Source of the DNA: a virus
DNA: 40,302 nt
Direction: 5' to 3' (one strand)
Virus record (IMG/VR): IMGVR_UViG_3300045988_096387
Span: 1-40,302 of that record
Shown here piece after piece: positions 1 to 9,714 of the stretch. Under the pieces are notes generated by a model, which had not been told where the DNA came from, ran no database searches, and saw only the letters and a program-made list of their open reading frames with translations. How positions within the stretch are numbered: the stretch's first letter is position 1; each line of letters opens with the position of its first letter. The translations under genes were made by a program, and so were the position numbers.

Positions 1-119
1 CTTTCCCCTTGAGGGGTGGTCAGTCTGTACATAGAAATCCTCCTTATACAAAAAAGCATGGGGCTATTGCCCTGGAAATGTTGGCGTAGCTACCGGTGGC
101 GCTGCCGTCGGTGTTGACA
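1..119 (+). repeat. Terminal direct repeat, copy 1 (identical to 40184..40302)
   Basis: Direct reading: ctttccccttgaggggtggtcagtctgtacatag...gtcggtgttgaca occurs at both window ends. Confidence 0.95.
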
Positions 120-886
120 CCGAAAAAAAAGCGGCTGTCGCTCGAATCGACGGAACGGCAATACGCAATGGCCGCCGTGCCGGTGGCGTTGTACTTATAA
201 TGCACCTTGCTGTTTCCAGCCTTGTAATAATCATACTGGGCCTGGTAATTCTGCTCCGCGCTGTTGGCGAAGGTTCTTACCCCAAAATATTCAAACTCCG
301 CCAGCAGTGCCAGCAGATCCCGAGTAGCGGTGACATAGCTTGCGGTGTCATGTTCGCCGCCGGTGTTGTCGCTGTACTTGGTGGCTGGCTTCATCACCGC
401 CCGGAGATCCACCGGCAAAGCTGTCAGCAGGTTGTTGGCCGTGGGGCTGGTGGCGCTGGTGCTGTCGCCGCCCAGCACGGTCTTTCTCATGTGGCTGTTT
501 ACCCACCCGCCGGTGTTTGTCCGAGTTTCGTTCATGGTAAATGCGCCGGTGGCGCCGGTAGTGATGTCGTAATTGCTGTCTACCAGGCCAACCAGTTTCC
601 CGCCGATCTTACCGATCTGGAAATGGATCAGGTGTTCGCCCTCTCTGGCAGCGTTGTGGTCAATCCCGATGATAAACGCCTGCACCGTCAGGTTGGTAAA
701 GGTGGTATTTCCCACCGTGCCGTTAATCACAATGTCCTTCGTGTCGCCCACGTTCCAGTACTGCGCCGCCAAGCCTGCCTGACTGATTTTGCTGATGGTT
801 TCCCAGCTGTTGTTATTCAGCACCGGGTCAACAGGCACCGGTGCCGTCAAGGGCGGCACAATGCCGCTCATAATCACTTTTCCCAT
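44..886 (-). CDS. Receptor-binding / tail-fibre-like protein, paralog 1 of 3
   Basis: 280-aa ORF with an AAGGAGGTG RBS upstream of ATG 886. Shares the MG(K/H)V N-terminus, LL(A/S)E.E.FG and QYDYYKAGNSKV motifs with 899..1603. Lies directly downstream of the tail-fibre gene. Confidence 0.6.
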   Translation of the reverse strand: MGKVIMSGIVPPLTAPVPVDPVLNNNSWETISKISQAGLAAQYWNVGDTKDIVINGTVGNTTFTNLTVQAFIIGIDHNAAREGEHLIHFQIGKIGGKLVGLVDSNYDITTGATGAFTMNETRTNTGGWVNSHMRKTVLGGDSTSATSPTANNLLTALPVDLRAVMKPATKYSDNTGGEHDTASYVTATRDLLALLAEFEYFGVRTFANSAEQNYQAQYDYYKAGNSKVHYKYNATGTAAIAYCRSVDSSDSRFFFGVNTDGSATGSYANISRAIAPCFFV

Positions 887-898
887 TATGCCACCTCC

Positions 899-1603
899 TT
901 AGAAGCAGAAGGCGAAGGAAACGGCGTTCTCATAGCTCGCGTAGTCATAGTTGACGGAGCCGCTGCTGTAGACATAGCAGAAATATATGCCGCTGCCGCC
1001 ATGCGGAGAGCGCTCCCACCAGAAGCCCGCGCTGCCGTTGCGGTTCTTCACCTTGCTGTTGCCCGCCTTGTAGTAGTCGTACTGTGTGCCTTCGCCGCTC
1101 TTGGAATAGGTGACGCTGCCGAAAATCTCGATCTCGCTCAGCAGAAACAGCTTGTCCGCCGTGGTGTTGATGGTGCTGCTCTGGCTGCCCGCCGATGTCA
1201 GCTTGTTCACCTCCCGGATGCCGTTCTGCACCTCCGTCGGCATCAGGGCAAGGATGGCAGGCAGGTGCGTCTGCCGCATGGCGCAGCTCGTCCAGCCGCC
1301 TACGTTGGTGTTGGAGCTGTTCATCCGGTTTACGTACGCGTAGCAGTCATGCAGCTGGAAGGTCAGCGGTGCTTTCCCGGAACCGTCGGCATAATCGTCA
1401 TGCCCCTTGCCGATAATGTCGATAACGTAATCTGCCCCGTTAATCGTCATGGCTTTCTGGTTCCCTACTACCCACGTCTCCGGCACTTGGTTCTTGTGGC
1501 AGGCATCAATGATCTGCGCCCACGTATTATCCGCAAAATTCGCCTTGTACGTTACCGGGGCCGTATGCACACTGCCCTTCCGAAGGAATAAAACGTGTCC
1601 CAT
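899..1603 (-). CDS. Receptor-binding-like protein, paralog 2 of 3 (DUF6273-like C-terminal domain)
   Basis: 234-aa ORF; its start overlaps the upstream stop (TAATG). Motifs: FLLSEIEIFG, QYDYYKAGNSKV, GFWWERSP. The FWW(L/E)RSP signature recalls the DUF6273 family (from memory). Confidence 0.6.
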   Translation of the reverse strand: MGHVLFLRKGSVHTAPVTYKANFADNTWAQIIDACHKNQVPETWVVGNQKAMTINGADYVIDIIGKGHDDYADGSGKAPLTFQLHDCYAYVNRMNSSNTNVGGWTSCAMRQTHLPAILALMPTEVQNGIREVNKLTSAGSQSSTINTTADKLFLLSEIEIFGSVTYSKSGEGTQYDYYKAGNSKVKNRNGSAGFWWERSPHGGSGIYFCYVYSSGSVNYDYASYENAVSFAFCF

Positions 1604-2325
1604 TATGCCGCTCCCTTCAAAATCATGGTGGTCTTGTCAAATAGTGCATTGCTGTAGAGAATGAGGGCAGGGCGGACGCCATACTGGTAAGTTGATCTGA
1701 TAGTATTGCAGCCACCATTATTGTCAACGTACCACACGTTAGTTGTGCTTGCTCTGTATGTGTATGGAGAGCGAAGCCACCAAAAAGATGCCGAACCGTT
1801 TAGGTATGCAATACGTTTTGGGTCTGCACCAGCAATCTGATCAAAGTAGTCCAATTTTGCGCCATCTCTTGGCAAATAATCTGCTCCCCCAATCCCAATC
1901 TCATAACCGGATAGTAGAAAGGCTTTTGCAGACAGTCCAGATGCACCAAAAGCAATTCCCGCGCCGCCAGTCCCATTCACATAGGGGATTTTAACCTGCT
2001 TAATAACAGTCTGTTCCATTCCTCCAAACAGGTTTAAAAATGTATCGTTGATGTAATTGTGGGCGGCAGATTCTTTGTATCTATTGTTTTCGGAACTGTT
2101 ATATGCAAGTAACTCACGTATATCTTTCCGCAGCAGCCACGTTCCGTCACAGCTTGCGTCATACAGGCTGCTGTTTTCCGGGATGCCTTGGTTGACAACC
2201 AAGTATTCAACAGCCGCGCCGTTTTCCATGAGTTTGACCGTAGACCCCACCGGCAAAGTGCTTGCCAAGATACCGGTTGACGGTGCTTTCGCTCTGCACC
2301 CGCCAACCACCGTTACATGGCCCAT
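1603..2325 (-). CDS. Receptor-binding-like protein, paralog 3 of 3 (DUF6273-like C-terminal domain)
   Basis: 240-aa ORF with a TGATG overlap with the tail-fibre gene and a GGAGGTG RBS. Motifs: FLLSGYEIG, SFWWLRSP and YGVRPAL near the C-terminus. Confidence 0.6.
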   Translation of the reverse strand: MGHVTVVGGCRAKAPSTGILASTLPVGSTVKLMENGAAVEYLVVNQGIPENSSLYDASCDGTWLLRKDIRELLAYNSSENNRYKESAAHNYINDTFLNLFGGMEQTVIKQVKIPYVNGTGGAGIAFGASGLSAKAFLLSGYEIGIGGADYLPRDGAKLDYFDQIAGADPKRIAYLNGSASFWWLRSPYTYRASTTNVWYVDNNGGCNTIRSTYQYGVRPALILYSNALFDKTTMILKGAA

Positions 2326-3590
2326 CAGCTCACCTCCGCCACAATGGGGATCGCAGCCGTGTTGGCGTCCCCGAAGATGGTAAACTTGATACCGCCGTCA
2401 TAGGTCTCTGCGTAGCCATTGGTGATATAGGTCAGGTACTGGTTTTCCGCCTCCACAAAGGCCGCGTAATCATCGCTTGTCCCACTGCCGGTGTAGGCAT
2501 GGTCCACCGTGGCCGTATGGCTTGCCAGCACCCCCGGAATCGCCACGCTCTGGGTCTTGACCCCGGTGTTGCTGTCCTCTGTCCATGTGGTTCCAATGGT
2601 GGCGGTGTAGGTCTTGACGGAGCTGATCTCCGGCAGCTGGCTTGCAGGCACCTTGCCGTCCGCTCCAAGAGACGCCGCCCCGATGGCCGCAGGGGTAATG
2701 GGGTCTGCCCCATTCTTCCCGTGCTGGCTGGCGTGTTTCCCCGCCGCCTTGCCGTTCAGTGCTTCCCGGATGTCGGCGTGGGCGTCAACGCTCTGGTTAT
2801 GCGTTGATACATAGCCCTGCGCCTCCGTTTTGGTAGCGAAGTCGCCGCCAACCGCTGCCTGTGCCTGCTCTGCCCAATACTTAGCGTTGTCCGTGTCCTC
2901 ACCAGGGCGGGTGTTGGTGCCGCCTACGGCCCAGCTTTGGGCGGTTTTGTTGATACCGTCCACACTGGACGCGCTCTGCGCCGCTGCCGCCGCTGCCGCG
3001 CTGGCCTGAGACGCGGAGCTGGCCGCTGCCGCCGCTGACTGACTGGCGGAGCTTGCCGCACCGATGGCCGTACCCGCCGCGTCCTTGGCGCTCTGCTCAC
3101 TGCCTGCGGCTTGGGACGCGCTGCCCGCCGCCGCATTGGCCTGTGCGGTTGCACGGGCTACGATACCGGCGGTCTCGTCTGCTCTGGCGGTCTCTGCCTG
3201 CGCTCTGGCGTTTTCAGCAGAGACGCGGGAGGATTCGGCCTCAGACCGGCCTTGCTCAGCGGATACCCGCCCAGATTCAGCAGATACCCGGCCCTCTTCG
3301 GCGGTCACGCGCCCCTGCTCTGCTTCAACACGCGCCGCCTCCGCCTGCTTGCGGCTCTCCTCTGTGGCGTCATCCGTCAGAACCGACGGGATCAGGGTCT
3401 CGTTGATGTACTTCTTGATGATGTTGCCGCCTTCATCAAACTTGGCTTTCAGCTCCGCACTGGTCAAACCGCCCACGTCGTTCGGCTCATCGTCCAACTT
3501 CTGAATGATGTTCAGATCGCCGTCCAGCAGTTGGATTTCCAGATTGGAGTTGGCTACCACGTTCAGGTCCGCTGTCAATCGCTTATCCAT
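2325..3590 (-). CDS. Tail fibre protein with central coiled-coil / Ala-Ser-rich repeats
   Basis: 421-aa ORF with a GGAGGTAGG RBS. Contains reiterated heptad-like GRV(S/T)AE(x) units (RVEAEQGRVTAEEGRVSAESGRVSAEQGRSEAE) followed by an Ala/Ser-rich tract. Sits right after the portal and before the RBP paralogs. Confidence 0.7.
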   Translation of the reverse strand: MDKRLTADLNVVANSNLEIQLLDGDLNIIQKLDDEPNDVGGLTSAELKAKFDEGGNIIKKYINETLIPSVLTDDATEESRKQAEAARVEAEQGRVTAEEGRVSAESGRVSAEQGRSEAESSRVSAENARAQAETARADETAGIVARATAQANAAAGSASQAAGSEQSAKDAAGTAIGAASSASQSAAAAASSASQASAAAAAAAQSASSVDGINKTAQSWAVGGTNTRPGEDTDNAKYWAEQAQAAVGGDFATKTEAQGYVSTHNQSVDAHADIREALNGKAAGKHASQHGKNGADPITPAAIGAASLGADGKVPASQLPEISSVKTYTATIGTTWTEDSNTGVKTQSVAIPGVLASHTATVDHAYTGSGTSDDYAAFVEAENQYLTYITNGYAETYDGGIKFTIFGDANTAAIPIVAEVS

Positions 3591-5264
3591 TTAAGCACCT
3601 ACCTCCGTTTTCGGCACTTCGCCGGTCTCGTTGATTTTCCGCTGCAACTGGCCGTATCCGGCCCCGCCCCGAATGGGGACGGTTTCTTCCTGAGTGATCG
3701 GCTGTTCGCCCTCTGCTCCCGGCTGACCACCCATCATGGCACGTTCCTGCTGCTGGAGGGCTTGAATCAGCGCCTCCTTGTCGGTAATCTGTCCGGCGGG
3801 CAGACGTTTCAGATATTCCACCGTGGAGATCTTGCCCTGCATCAGCAGATTGTCCAGCGTCTGCATGGCGGCGATCTCGCTCCAGTAAGAAGCCGCGCCC
3901 GCATCCAGGCCAATGGTAAAGGGAATCTCCTTCAGGATAGAGAAGTCAAAGGGAACTACCAATTTGCTGTTGTCATAGGGGTTGGAGATCTCCACATACC
4001 GCTCTCCGTAGTATTCGCCCATGAACTCCATGTAGATGCGGCCCAGATCCTCAATGCTCTGCAAAAGGTTCTGCTTCGTCAGCTCCATGGGCGTTGCCGC
4101 CGCCCGCTGCAAGGCGATGATGGCGGAGGTGTTGTCCGGGCGAGTATCGCCCAGCGCCACGTCCGATGCGCCGAGGAACTTCTGCGTGTAGCTGATGGCA
4201 ATGTCGATAAACTGGCTGATCTGTGGGGAGATGCTGGCGGGGTCAATGATCTTCGCCACGCCCTCCACACTGCCGTTCACCGGAATGGCCCCACCGATTT
4301 TGTTCGTCCACTTGGCTACCTTGGTGGAATCGTATACCACCTTCGGATAGGCCAGCGTCATCAGCGAGATCATGGACATGGCAAACAGCTTATTGACAAA
4401 GATTTGGTTGGGCAGCAGGCCGGTGATCATAGCCTGTCCGTGGTAGCAGTCCTGCACATAGTCCCAGTTCATCCACGTCAGGGGATACAGCTTGATACCA
4501 AGGTCCAGATCACCCCGGATCTCCGCCTGCCGGGTGCACTCGTAGGCGTGGACGGTGCCGGTCTCGTCATCCTTCCACAGCCGGAGCAGCACCGTCACCT
4601 TGTTCCCGCTGCCGCTCATGGAATCCATGTAGTTGTTGCCGCAGTCCTTGTTGTCCGGCTGGATCTCGTCCGGGTCCTTACCGTACCGCTTGGCCCGCTT
4701 CCGGGCCTCACTCAGCAGCATCCGCCGTTCCAGAATGATGTAGGGCTGGCTCTGCACGTCCCGGTTGTTGGGGTTGCCGAACAAAACCTGCGTGTTCATC
4801 AGAACCTCCGTGCGGATGGCCCCCTTGCTTGCCTGCCCGGTCTCCGCCGTATCGTCCCAGTAGGTATACATACAGCCGTCACCGTCCACGGCGGCGTTGC
4901 GGGTATACTCCCGGATGCGCCCGCCGATACTGTTGTGCTCAAAGATGGACGCGAACTGATCGTTAAGAATGTCGGCCACCAGTTCCAAGGTCTGCGTGTT
5001 CCGCTCCCCGCTGGAGGACATGGCCCGCGCCCACAGCTTCAGGTTGTCCGTGGAGATATTCGCCACGGAGAACAGCACCACCCGCTTCATAAAGTTGAAT
5101 ACGGGGGTGGGGAGGCCGTTGCTCTGCACGCCCTCCCACTGCTTACCGATGAAGAAATTTTCATTGGTTTCCACGCAGTCATAGAGGTCAATGCCGCTGT
5201 TGAAGCTGACGCCCGCGTTGTATTCTTTACCGACCCGCTCCGGGGTCATCGTCTGTTTGCTCAT
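3591..5264 (-). CDS. Portal protein
   Basis: 557-aa ORF with an AAAGGGGTGA RBS. Portal-typical N-terminal motif ENFFIGKQW, a later GDTRPDNTSAIIALQ segment and a Gln/Gly-rich acidic tail. Size and synteny with the terminase fit. Confidence 0.8.
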   Translation of the reverse strand: MSKQTMTPERVGKEYNAGVSFNSGIDLYDCVETNENFFIGKQWEGVQSNGLPTPVFNFMKRVVLFSVANISTDNLKLWARAMSSSGERNTQTLELVADILNDQFASIFEHNSIGGRIREYTRNAAVDGDGCMYTYWDDTAETGQASKGAIRTEVLMNTQVLFGNPNNRDVQSQPYIILERRMLLSEARKRAKRYGKDPDEIQPDNKDCGNNYMDSMSGSGNKVTVLLRLWKDDETGTVHAYECTRQAEIRGDLDLGIKLYPLTWMNWDYVQDCYHGQAMITGLLPNQIFVNKLFAMSMISLMTLAYPKVVYDSTKVAKWTNKIGGAIPVNGSVEGVAKIIDPASISPQISQFIDIAISYTQKFLGASDVALGDTRPDNTSAIIALQRAAATPMELTKQNLLQSIEDLGRIYMEFMGEYYGERYVEISNPYDNSKLVVPFDFSILKEIPFTIGLDAGAASYWSEIAAMQTLDNLLMQGKISTVEYLKRLPAGQITDKEALIQALQQQERAMMGGQPGAEGEQPITQEETVPIRGGAGYGQLQRKINETGEVPKTEVGA

Positions 5265-5276
5265 GGGATCACCCCT

Positions 5277-7124
5277 TTATTTCACATTTCCGGTATAGCG
5301 GAGCTGCACGTCCGTCTCCAGAACCGTTGCGGTAGACGATGCCGATTTGCTCTTGAATACCAGCTTGTAGAAGGTGGCCTTCTTCACCTTCATTTTCACC
5401 CGCCGGACCTGCGGCTTTCGGTTGGTGCCGAAAGACCAGTGGGCGAAATCCGCATGGGCGAAAGTGGCAAGGCCGGAAGAGACAATCTTTTCCGGGTAGT
5501 CGCTGCGGCGGTTGGTCTCCACCGTCACATGCACCCGCGCGTTGCTCTCCGGCTGGATCGCCACGAAAATAAGCGGGCTGTATTTCAGCACCCAGTCCCG
5601 GTCAAAGTCCATGGAGCCGGTGGCAGCGTAGGCGTCAATGTCCTTGCCGTCGTCGTTCCGGTACTGCCGGGAAAGATGCACCACGCCGCCGTCAGGCCGG
5701 AAGCCGTAAGTCTCAAGCCCCACCTCCACCATGGCCCGGAAGCTCAATCCGGTGTAGAGATACCATGCGTCCGCGCCGTAGTTCAGGATCAGCGCCTTGT
5801 CTCCGTACATCCACCAGTATTCCTGCGCCGATTTTCGGTTGAAGGTCCGGGTCTCTTTCATATCAAAGCCTTGCAGCGTCACCTCTACCCGGTCGGAGAT
5901 CCGTTCTGCGTTCCGCTCGTCAAAGGTGATGTTGCCGCTGGTGGATACGCTCCGCCACCGGTACACCGCCTGATCGTCCAACGTCAGGGGGTTGTTCTCC
6001 AAAATGTCCACCTGTCCCGGAGCCTTATTGCCGAACTGCCGGTTGACAGGGGTCACATAGAATGCCGCCGTGGTGACGTCCGTAGCCGTTACCAGCGTGG
6101 AATAGCTCATGGAGTAGGTGGCGTCCTGCTTGAACACCACCAGCCGTGCGTAATGACGCACCATGCCGGTGATAGGCGTGTTGGCCTCGCCAACCTCCGC
6201 CTCGTACAGATCCGGGAAGTATTCCGCCGAAGGCTTGCCGGTGGCGGAATCAATGCCGGAGTAAATGGTCTTGTTGGTGCCGTCTCCGTAGAGGAACACA
6301 CGGCTGTCCGTCTGGCCGTTGTAAAGCTCGGAGAAGCGCATCCCCGTTACCTGCGCCCGTTCTCCGTTGCCGCTGCGGTAGATCAGCTCCAGTGTGTTGG
6401 TGCCGGCAGCCGGGGCGGGGGTAATGGTGAAGGTCCGCGCCGTCAGGTCTGAGATGTAGGTCTGCGCCGTATCCCCAATCTTCACGGAGATGATCTCATC
6501 CACCGTCTTTTCCGGGATGTGGAAAACCGTCTCCTTGCCGTCGGGGGAATACAGCACCTTCCGCTTGCCCGTCAGCCGGTTCACGTTTTCCAGCAGAAAC
6601 CCACCGCCCGCAGGCGTGGTGGCGTTCATCACCGTAGGGATATAGCCCTCCACCGCCGTAAAGCTGCTGGTGTCCTTGCCGTCCCAGCTCATGTATTCAT
6701 GGCCGTTCAGCAGGTAGACCTTGTTGGAAAAGCCGAAGAATGAGGTCTGGTCCTGCGTGCACTGGCCCACAACCTTGGTTGTTGCCGCCGCCGGGTCCAG
6801 AGAGAAGATCAGCCCGCCGAAGGCGGCAAGGGTCCGCTGTTTGCTGTCTACCACGCCCTCCCACGCGCCGGAAAAAACCGGGTTTGCTGTGGGGGCCGTG
6901 TGGCCGCTCTCCGCGCACCATGCGTCCCATGCCGTTTTCAGGTTCAGCACCGTCTTAGTGCCGGGGCGCAGCTGCAAGTGCTTCTCCCGCGTTATGCGGA
7001 AGTTCCGCATCTTGCTCATTTCGCCGTTCTTGATCTTGGTATCCCCGTCCGGGTTCTCGTTCAGGCCCAGAAACTGGCGGATCTTCAACACCTGAATATC
7101 GTTGCTGGATGTGATTTGAGCCAT
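5277..7124 (-). CDS. Virion structural protein (putative tail/adaptor-nozzle component), family not recognised
   Basis: 615-aa ORF with an AAAGGAGG RBS, located between the terminase and portal genes. Composition is beta-rich. No motif I can name. Confidence 0.45.
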   Translation of the reverse strand: MAQITSSNDIQVLKIRQFLGLNENPDGDTKIKNGEMSKMRNFRITREKHLQLRPGTKTVLNLKTAWDAWCAESGHTAPTANPVFSGAWEGVVDSKQRTLAAFGGLIFSLDPAAATTKVVGQCTQDQTSFFGFSNKVYLLNGHEYMSWDGKDTSSFTAVEGYIPTVMNATTPAGGGFLLENVNRLTGKRKVLYSPDGKETVFHIPEKTVDEIISVKIGDTAQTYISDLTARTFTITPAPAAGTNTLELIYRSGNGERAQVTGMRFSELYNGQTDSRVFLYGDGTNKTIYSGIDSATGKPSAEYFPDLYEAEVGEANTPITGMVRHYARLVVFKQDATYSMSYSTLVTATDVTTAAFYVTPVNRQFGNKAPGQVDILENNPLTLDDQAVYRWRSVSTSGNITFDERNAERISDRVEVTLQGFDMKETRTFNRKSAQEYWWMYGDKALILNYGADAWYLYTGLSFRAMVEVGLETYGFRPDGGVVHLSRQYRNDDGKDIDAYAATGSMDFDRDWVLKYSPLIFVAIQPESNARVHVTVETNRRSDYPEKIVSSGLATFAHADFAHWSFGTNRKPQVRRVKMKVKKATFYKLVFKSKSASSTATVLETDVQLRYTGNVK

Positions 7125-7138
7125 CGTCTGGGCCTCCT

Positions 7139-8524
7139 TTATCCGTAGGATAGATAATCGGCGGTCATCTCTCCGCCCGTCATCACGTCATCGTAGTCCT
7201 CGCCCTCGTCGAAATCGTCCACGATCTTCTCCACGGTTTTCTGAGCGCCCAGAACACGGGTGACACAGAAATACCGGGCAGCGTCGCAGATATGGGTGAT
7301 CTCATGGGGTTCCGTGGCGCAGTCTGAGGGGTTTTTCTCGTCGTGCTGGATGGAGGGCAGGTTGCGGATCAGGCCCACGCAGTTTTCCGTCACCAGCAGT
7401 CCGGGCCGGTCCGTGTCGCTCTTCATTGGCTTCAGCAGCTCCTTGACGGCCATCCAGCCCTGAACACGGTTGTTGCTGGCCTTCAGCAGCCCTAACCCGT
7501 TCTGTGCAAAGATCTCCGCCATGCTCCGCCCGCTGTCCTTCTGCCGGTTCCACATATCCGGCGGGGCAATGGTGAACTCAATGTGTTCCTCCGGCGGGGT
7601 CAGGGCAATTGCCAGCTTTGCCGCCTCGCTAACGATCAGGCCGCTTTGCTGTACCTCCCGGTACACATAGGCCCGCCCCTCAAAGTCCACCGCCACCCAA
7701 AGGCAGGCGAACATATCAAGACCATAGTCGAACGCCCGGTATTTCTTCCACTCCTGGGGCACCCGCACAAAGGGCGCAATCACATGGGTCTCCCGCCGGA
7801 ACTCCGGGAAGAACGTGCCTGCCATGGCGTTCCAATCGCCGTAGCGCCACGCCCGCCGCACATCCTCTGGCAGCAGGTCCAGCATTTGTTTGTACTCCGG
7901 GGACGCCTCCAAAAGCTGGGGGTTATCGTCCACCGTGGCAGGGATAAAGGTGTAATCCTTGGCCTTTTCCCCCTCCCGGTACTCCCGGTCCACGAACAGC
8001 CGCTTCACCCACAGGTGGCCGATGCCGCCGGGGTTGCAGGTCAGATACATCCGCCGGGGGAACTTGGTCGCGCCACGCAAGCACGCGCCCAGGGTCCGGA
8101 ACTGGGATTCTGAAAACTGGGTGGCCTCCTCCATGAAGATCCAGTCAAATTCAAGGCCCTGATACTCCTGATCGTCTCCCGCTCCGTAGTGTCCGAACTT
8201 GATGATGCTGCCGTTGCAGAAGAACATCATGCGCATACTGCCGTTGTAGCTGCCCACCTCCGGCGGGATCAGCTTCTGCATAGGCAGAATGATGTTCTGC
8301 TCCAATTCCGGGTACTCCCGGCGCACGATCAGGATCTTGATGCCGGGGTAGGTGAGCGCACCGCCTGCCGCCTTCCGCAGCAGAACGTGTGTCTTTCCGC
8401 CGCCTCTGGCGCCGCCGTAAGCCGTGTACCGGCTCCGGGACTGGCAGAACTGCTTTTGTTTGGGGTTCAGTGTCCCCAGATCCACCTGCACCGTTCCGCC
8501 TGCTGTTTGTTTATATCGAGGCAT
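7139..8524 (-). CDS. terL: Terminase large subunit
   Basis: 461-aa ORF with Walker A YGGARGGGKTH, Walker B-like FDWIFMEEA and a C-terminal nuclease-like region (AFDYGLDMFA ... HICDAARY). TAAGGAGCG RBS. Confidence 0.9.
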   Translation of the reverse strand: MPRYKQTAGGTVQVDLGTLNPKQKQFCQSRSRYTAYGGARGGGKTHVLLRKAAGGALTYPGIKILIVRREYPELEQNIILPMQKLIPPEVGSYNGSMRMMFFCNGSIIKFGHYGAGDDQEYQGLEFDWIFMEEATQFSESQFRTLGACLRGATKFPRRMYLTCNPGGIGHLWVKRLFVDREYREGEKAKDYTFIPATVDDNPQLLEASPEYKQMLDLLPEDVRRAWRYGDWNAMAGTFFPEFRRETHVIAPFVRVPQEWKKYRAFDYGLDMFACLWVAVDFEGRAYVYREVQQSGLIVSEAAKLAIALTPPEEHIEFTIAPPDMWNRQKDSGRSMAEIFAQNGLGLLKASNNRVQGWMAVKELLKPMKSDTDRPGLLVTENCVGLIRNLPSIQHDEKNPSDCATEPHEITHICDAARYFCVTRVLGAQKTVEKIVDDFDEGEDYDDVMTGGEMTADYLSYG

Positions 8525-8584
8525 AATCGCTCCTTATATCTGGTGGACGGGCCGGGTTCATGCACCCGCTCCGCCCATATATAG

Positions 8585-8608
8585 GGGAAGGGGCCGAAGC
8601 CCCCTCCC
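8585..8608 (-). terminator. GC-rich hairpin (UUCG-type loop) just downstream of the capsid gene; possible attenuator
   Basis: gggaaggggc-cgaa-gccccctccc on the plus strand. On the minus strand it is followed by CTATATAT, which is only a weak U tract. Confidence 0.35.
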
Positions 8609-8614
8609 ATGAGA

Positions 8615-9667
8615 TCACTCGTAATCCTTGGTGCCCTCGATGCCCACGCAGCCGTCCTTGGTGCCGATGGCCCGCATGGTCTGACCGGCGGTCAGGGTCA
8701 CAGCGGCGGTGTAGATCTGGGCGGTGTTGGAGTACCGGGGGTTGGTGCCGTCGGTGGTGTACTTGAACACCACGCCGGACACGGCGGTGATGCTGACGGC
8801 ATGGCCGGTAATAGACATCACGGGGGCCGCCAGAACCGCAGCATTGCCGCAAACGGCAACACCGTCGCCCTTGGCGCCCAGCACGAAGCTGTCATAGTAG
8901 GTCACGCCCTGCACCACGGGGCCGGAATAGCCCTGCACCTCGGTCAGGATGTTGTACTTCTGGAGCTTCACAGGGTCCACGGTGCAGCCCTTGTGCTTGA
9001 TGAAGAAGTACACACCGGCGGGCATGTAGCTGGTGGGGATGGGCTTCACGCGGCAGCCGTCGAACTCGCCCACAACGCCCTTTGCCAGAGCCTCCTTGCC
9101 CAAAGCGTCCACGCCGATGTAATCGGGCATCTGCTTGAGCAGCTTGTAGTACTCAGTGGCGATGTAGAGGGTGCGGCCCTCCAGAGGCACCAGCGCATCG
9201 GTCATCTTCGCGTTCAGGTCGATGATGAGACCGCCGATGGTAGCCTTGGTGGGGGCGGTAGTCTCCTTGACGGCAATGTTCGCGCCCATGATCCACTTCT
9301 TGATGCGGTGCTTGTCCATGCCGGGGATGGTCACCTCGTCCAGCTGGCGGCGCAGGGCGCTGCCTGCGGACTTCTGAATGGCCTGATCGGTCTGGTCCAG
9401 CGCGTCAATGGTGAAGGAGAAGGCGGGCTGCTGCTCGCAGGTCATCTCCTGAAGGGTGTCGCCCACGTCATGGACTTCGCCAAAGCGGTTGGAGCCGCTG
9501 CGGGTGTACTGGGTCTCGGGCACGGTGTTCACGCTGCCGATGCGGATGGTGCGGCTGATGGGATTCAGCCAGGAATAGCTGTTGCCGCAGTCATCGGCGG
9601 TAATGGAGGCTTTCTTGAAGCGCTCCGCGATCTTGGTTGCGTACTTAATTGCGTAGTTGATAGCCAT
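8615..9667 (-). CDS. Major capsid protein with C-terminal Ig-like (chitobiase/hexosaminidase C-terminal-type) decoration domain
   Basis: 350-aa ORF immediately after the scaffold gene, with an AAGAGAGG RBS. The C-terminal segment VFKYTTDGTNPRYSNTAQIYTAAVTLTAGQTMRAIGTKDG matches the Y(T)TDG(S/T)xP...Y signature of CHB_HEX_C-type domains. Confidence 0.75.
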   Translation of the reverse strand: MAINYAIKYATKIAERFKKASITADDCGNSYSWLNPISRTIRIGSVNTVPETQYTRSGSNRFGEVHDVGDTLQEMTCEQQPAFSFTIDALDQTDQAIQKSAGSALRRQLDEVTIPGMDKHRIKKWIMGANIAVKETTAPTKATIGGLIIDLNAKMTDALVPLEGRTLYIATEYYKLLKQMPDYIGVDALGKEALAKGVVGEFDGCRVKPIPTSYMPAGVYFFIKHKGCTVDPVKLQKYNILTEVQGYSGPVVQGVTYYDSFVLGAKGDGVAVCGNAAVLAAPVMSITGHAVSITAVSGVVFKYTTDGTNPRYSNTAQIYTAAVTLTAGQTMRAIGTKDGCVGIEGTKDYE

Positions 9668-9714
9668 AGGTAAAAACCTCTCTTTCGTCCGGTTTCCCCA
9701 TAGGCAAAGTGCCG

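Noticed and set aside
44-3590. Diversity-generating retroelement acting on the tail-fibre paralogs.
   Set aside because: No reverse transcriptase gene is present anywhere in the genome. There is no near-identical template/variable repeat pair: the paralogs are diverged throughout, not at adenine-specific positions.
3111-6452. Very long plus-strand ORF (1113 aa). Similar long antisense ORFs occur at 200..1591, 8609..9673, 9709..10695, 36202..39021, 22368..23093, 26351..27091, 28208..28999 and 29764..30681.
   Set aside because: All run antisense to genes with clear family signatures or strong RBSs. Their translations are Arg/Gly/His/Pro/Val-rich low-information sequence typical of open antisense frames in high-GC DNA. 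None has a convincing RBS or recognisable motif.
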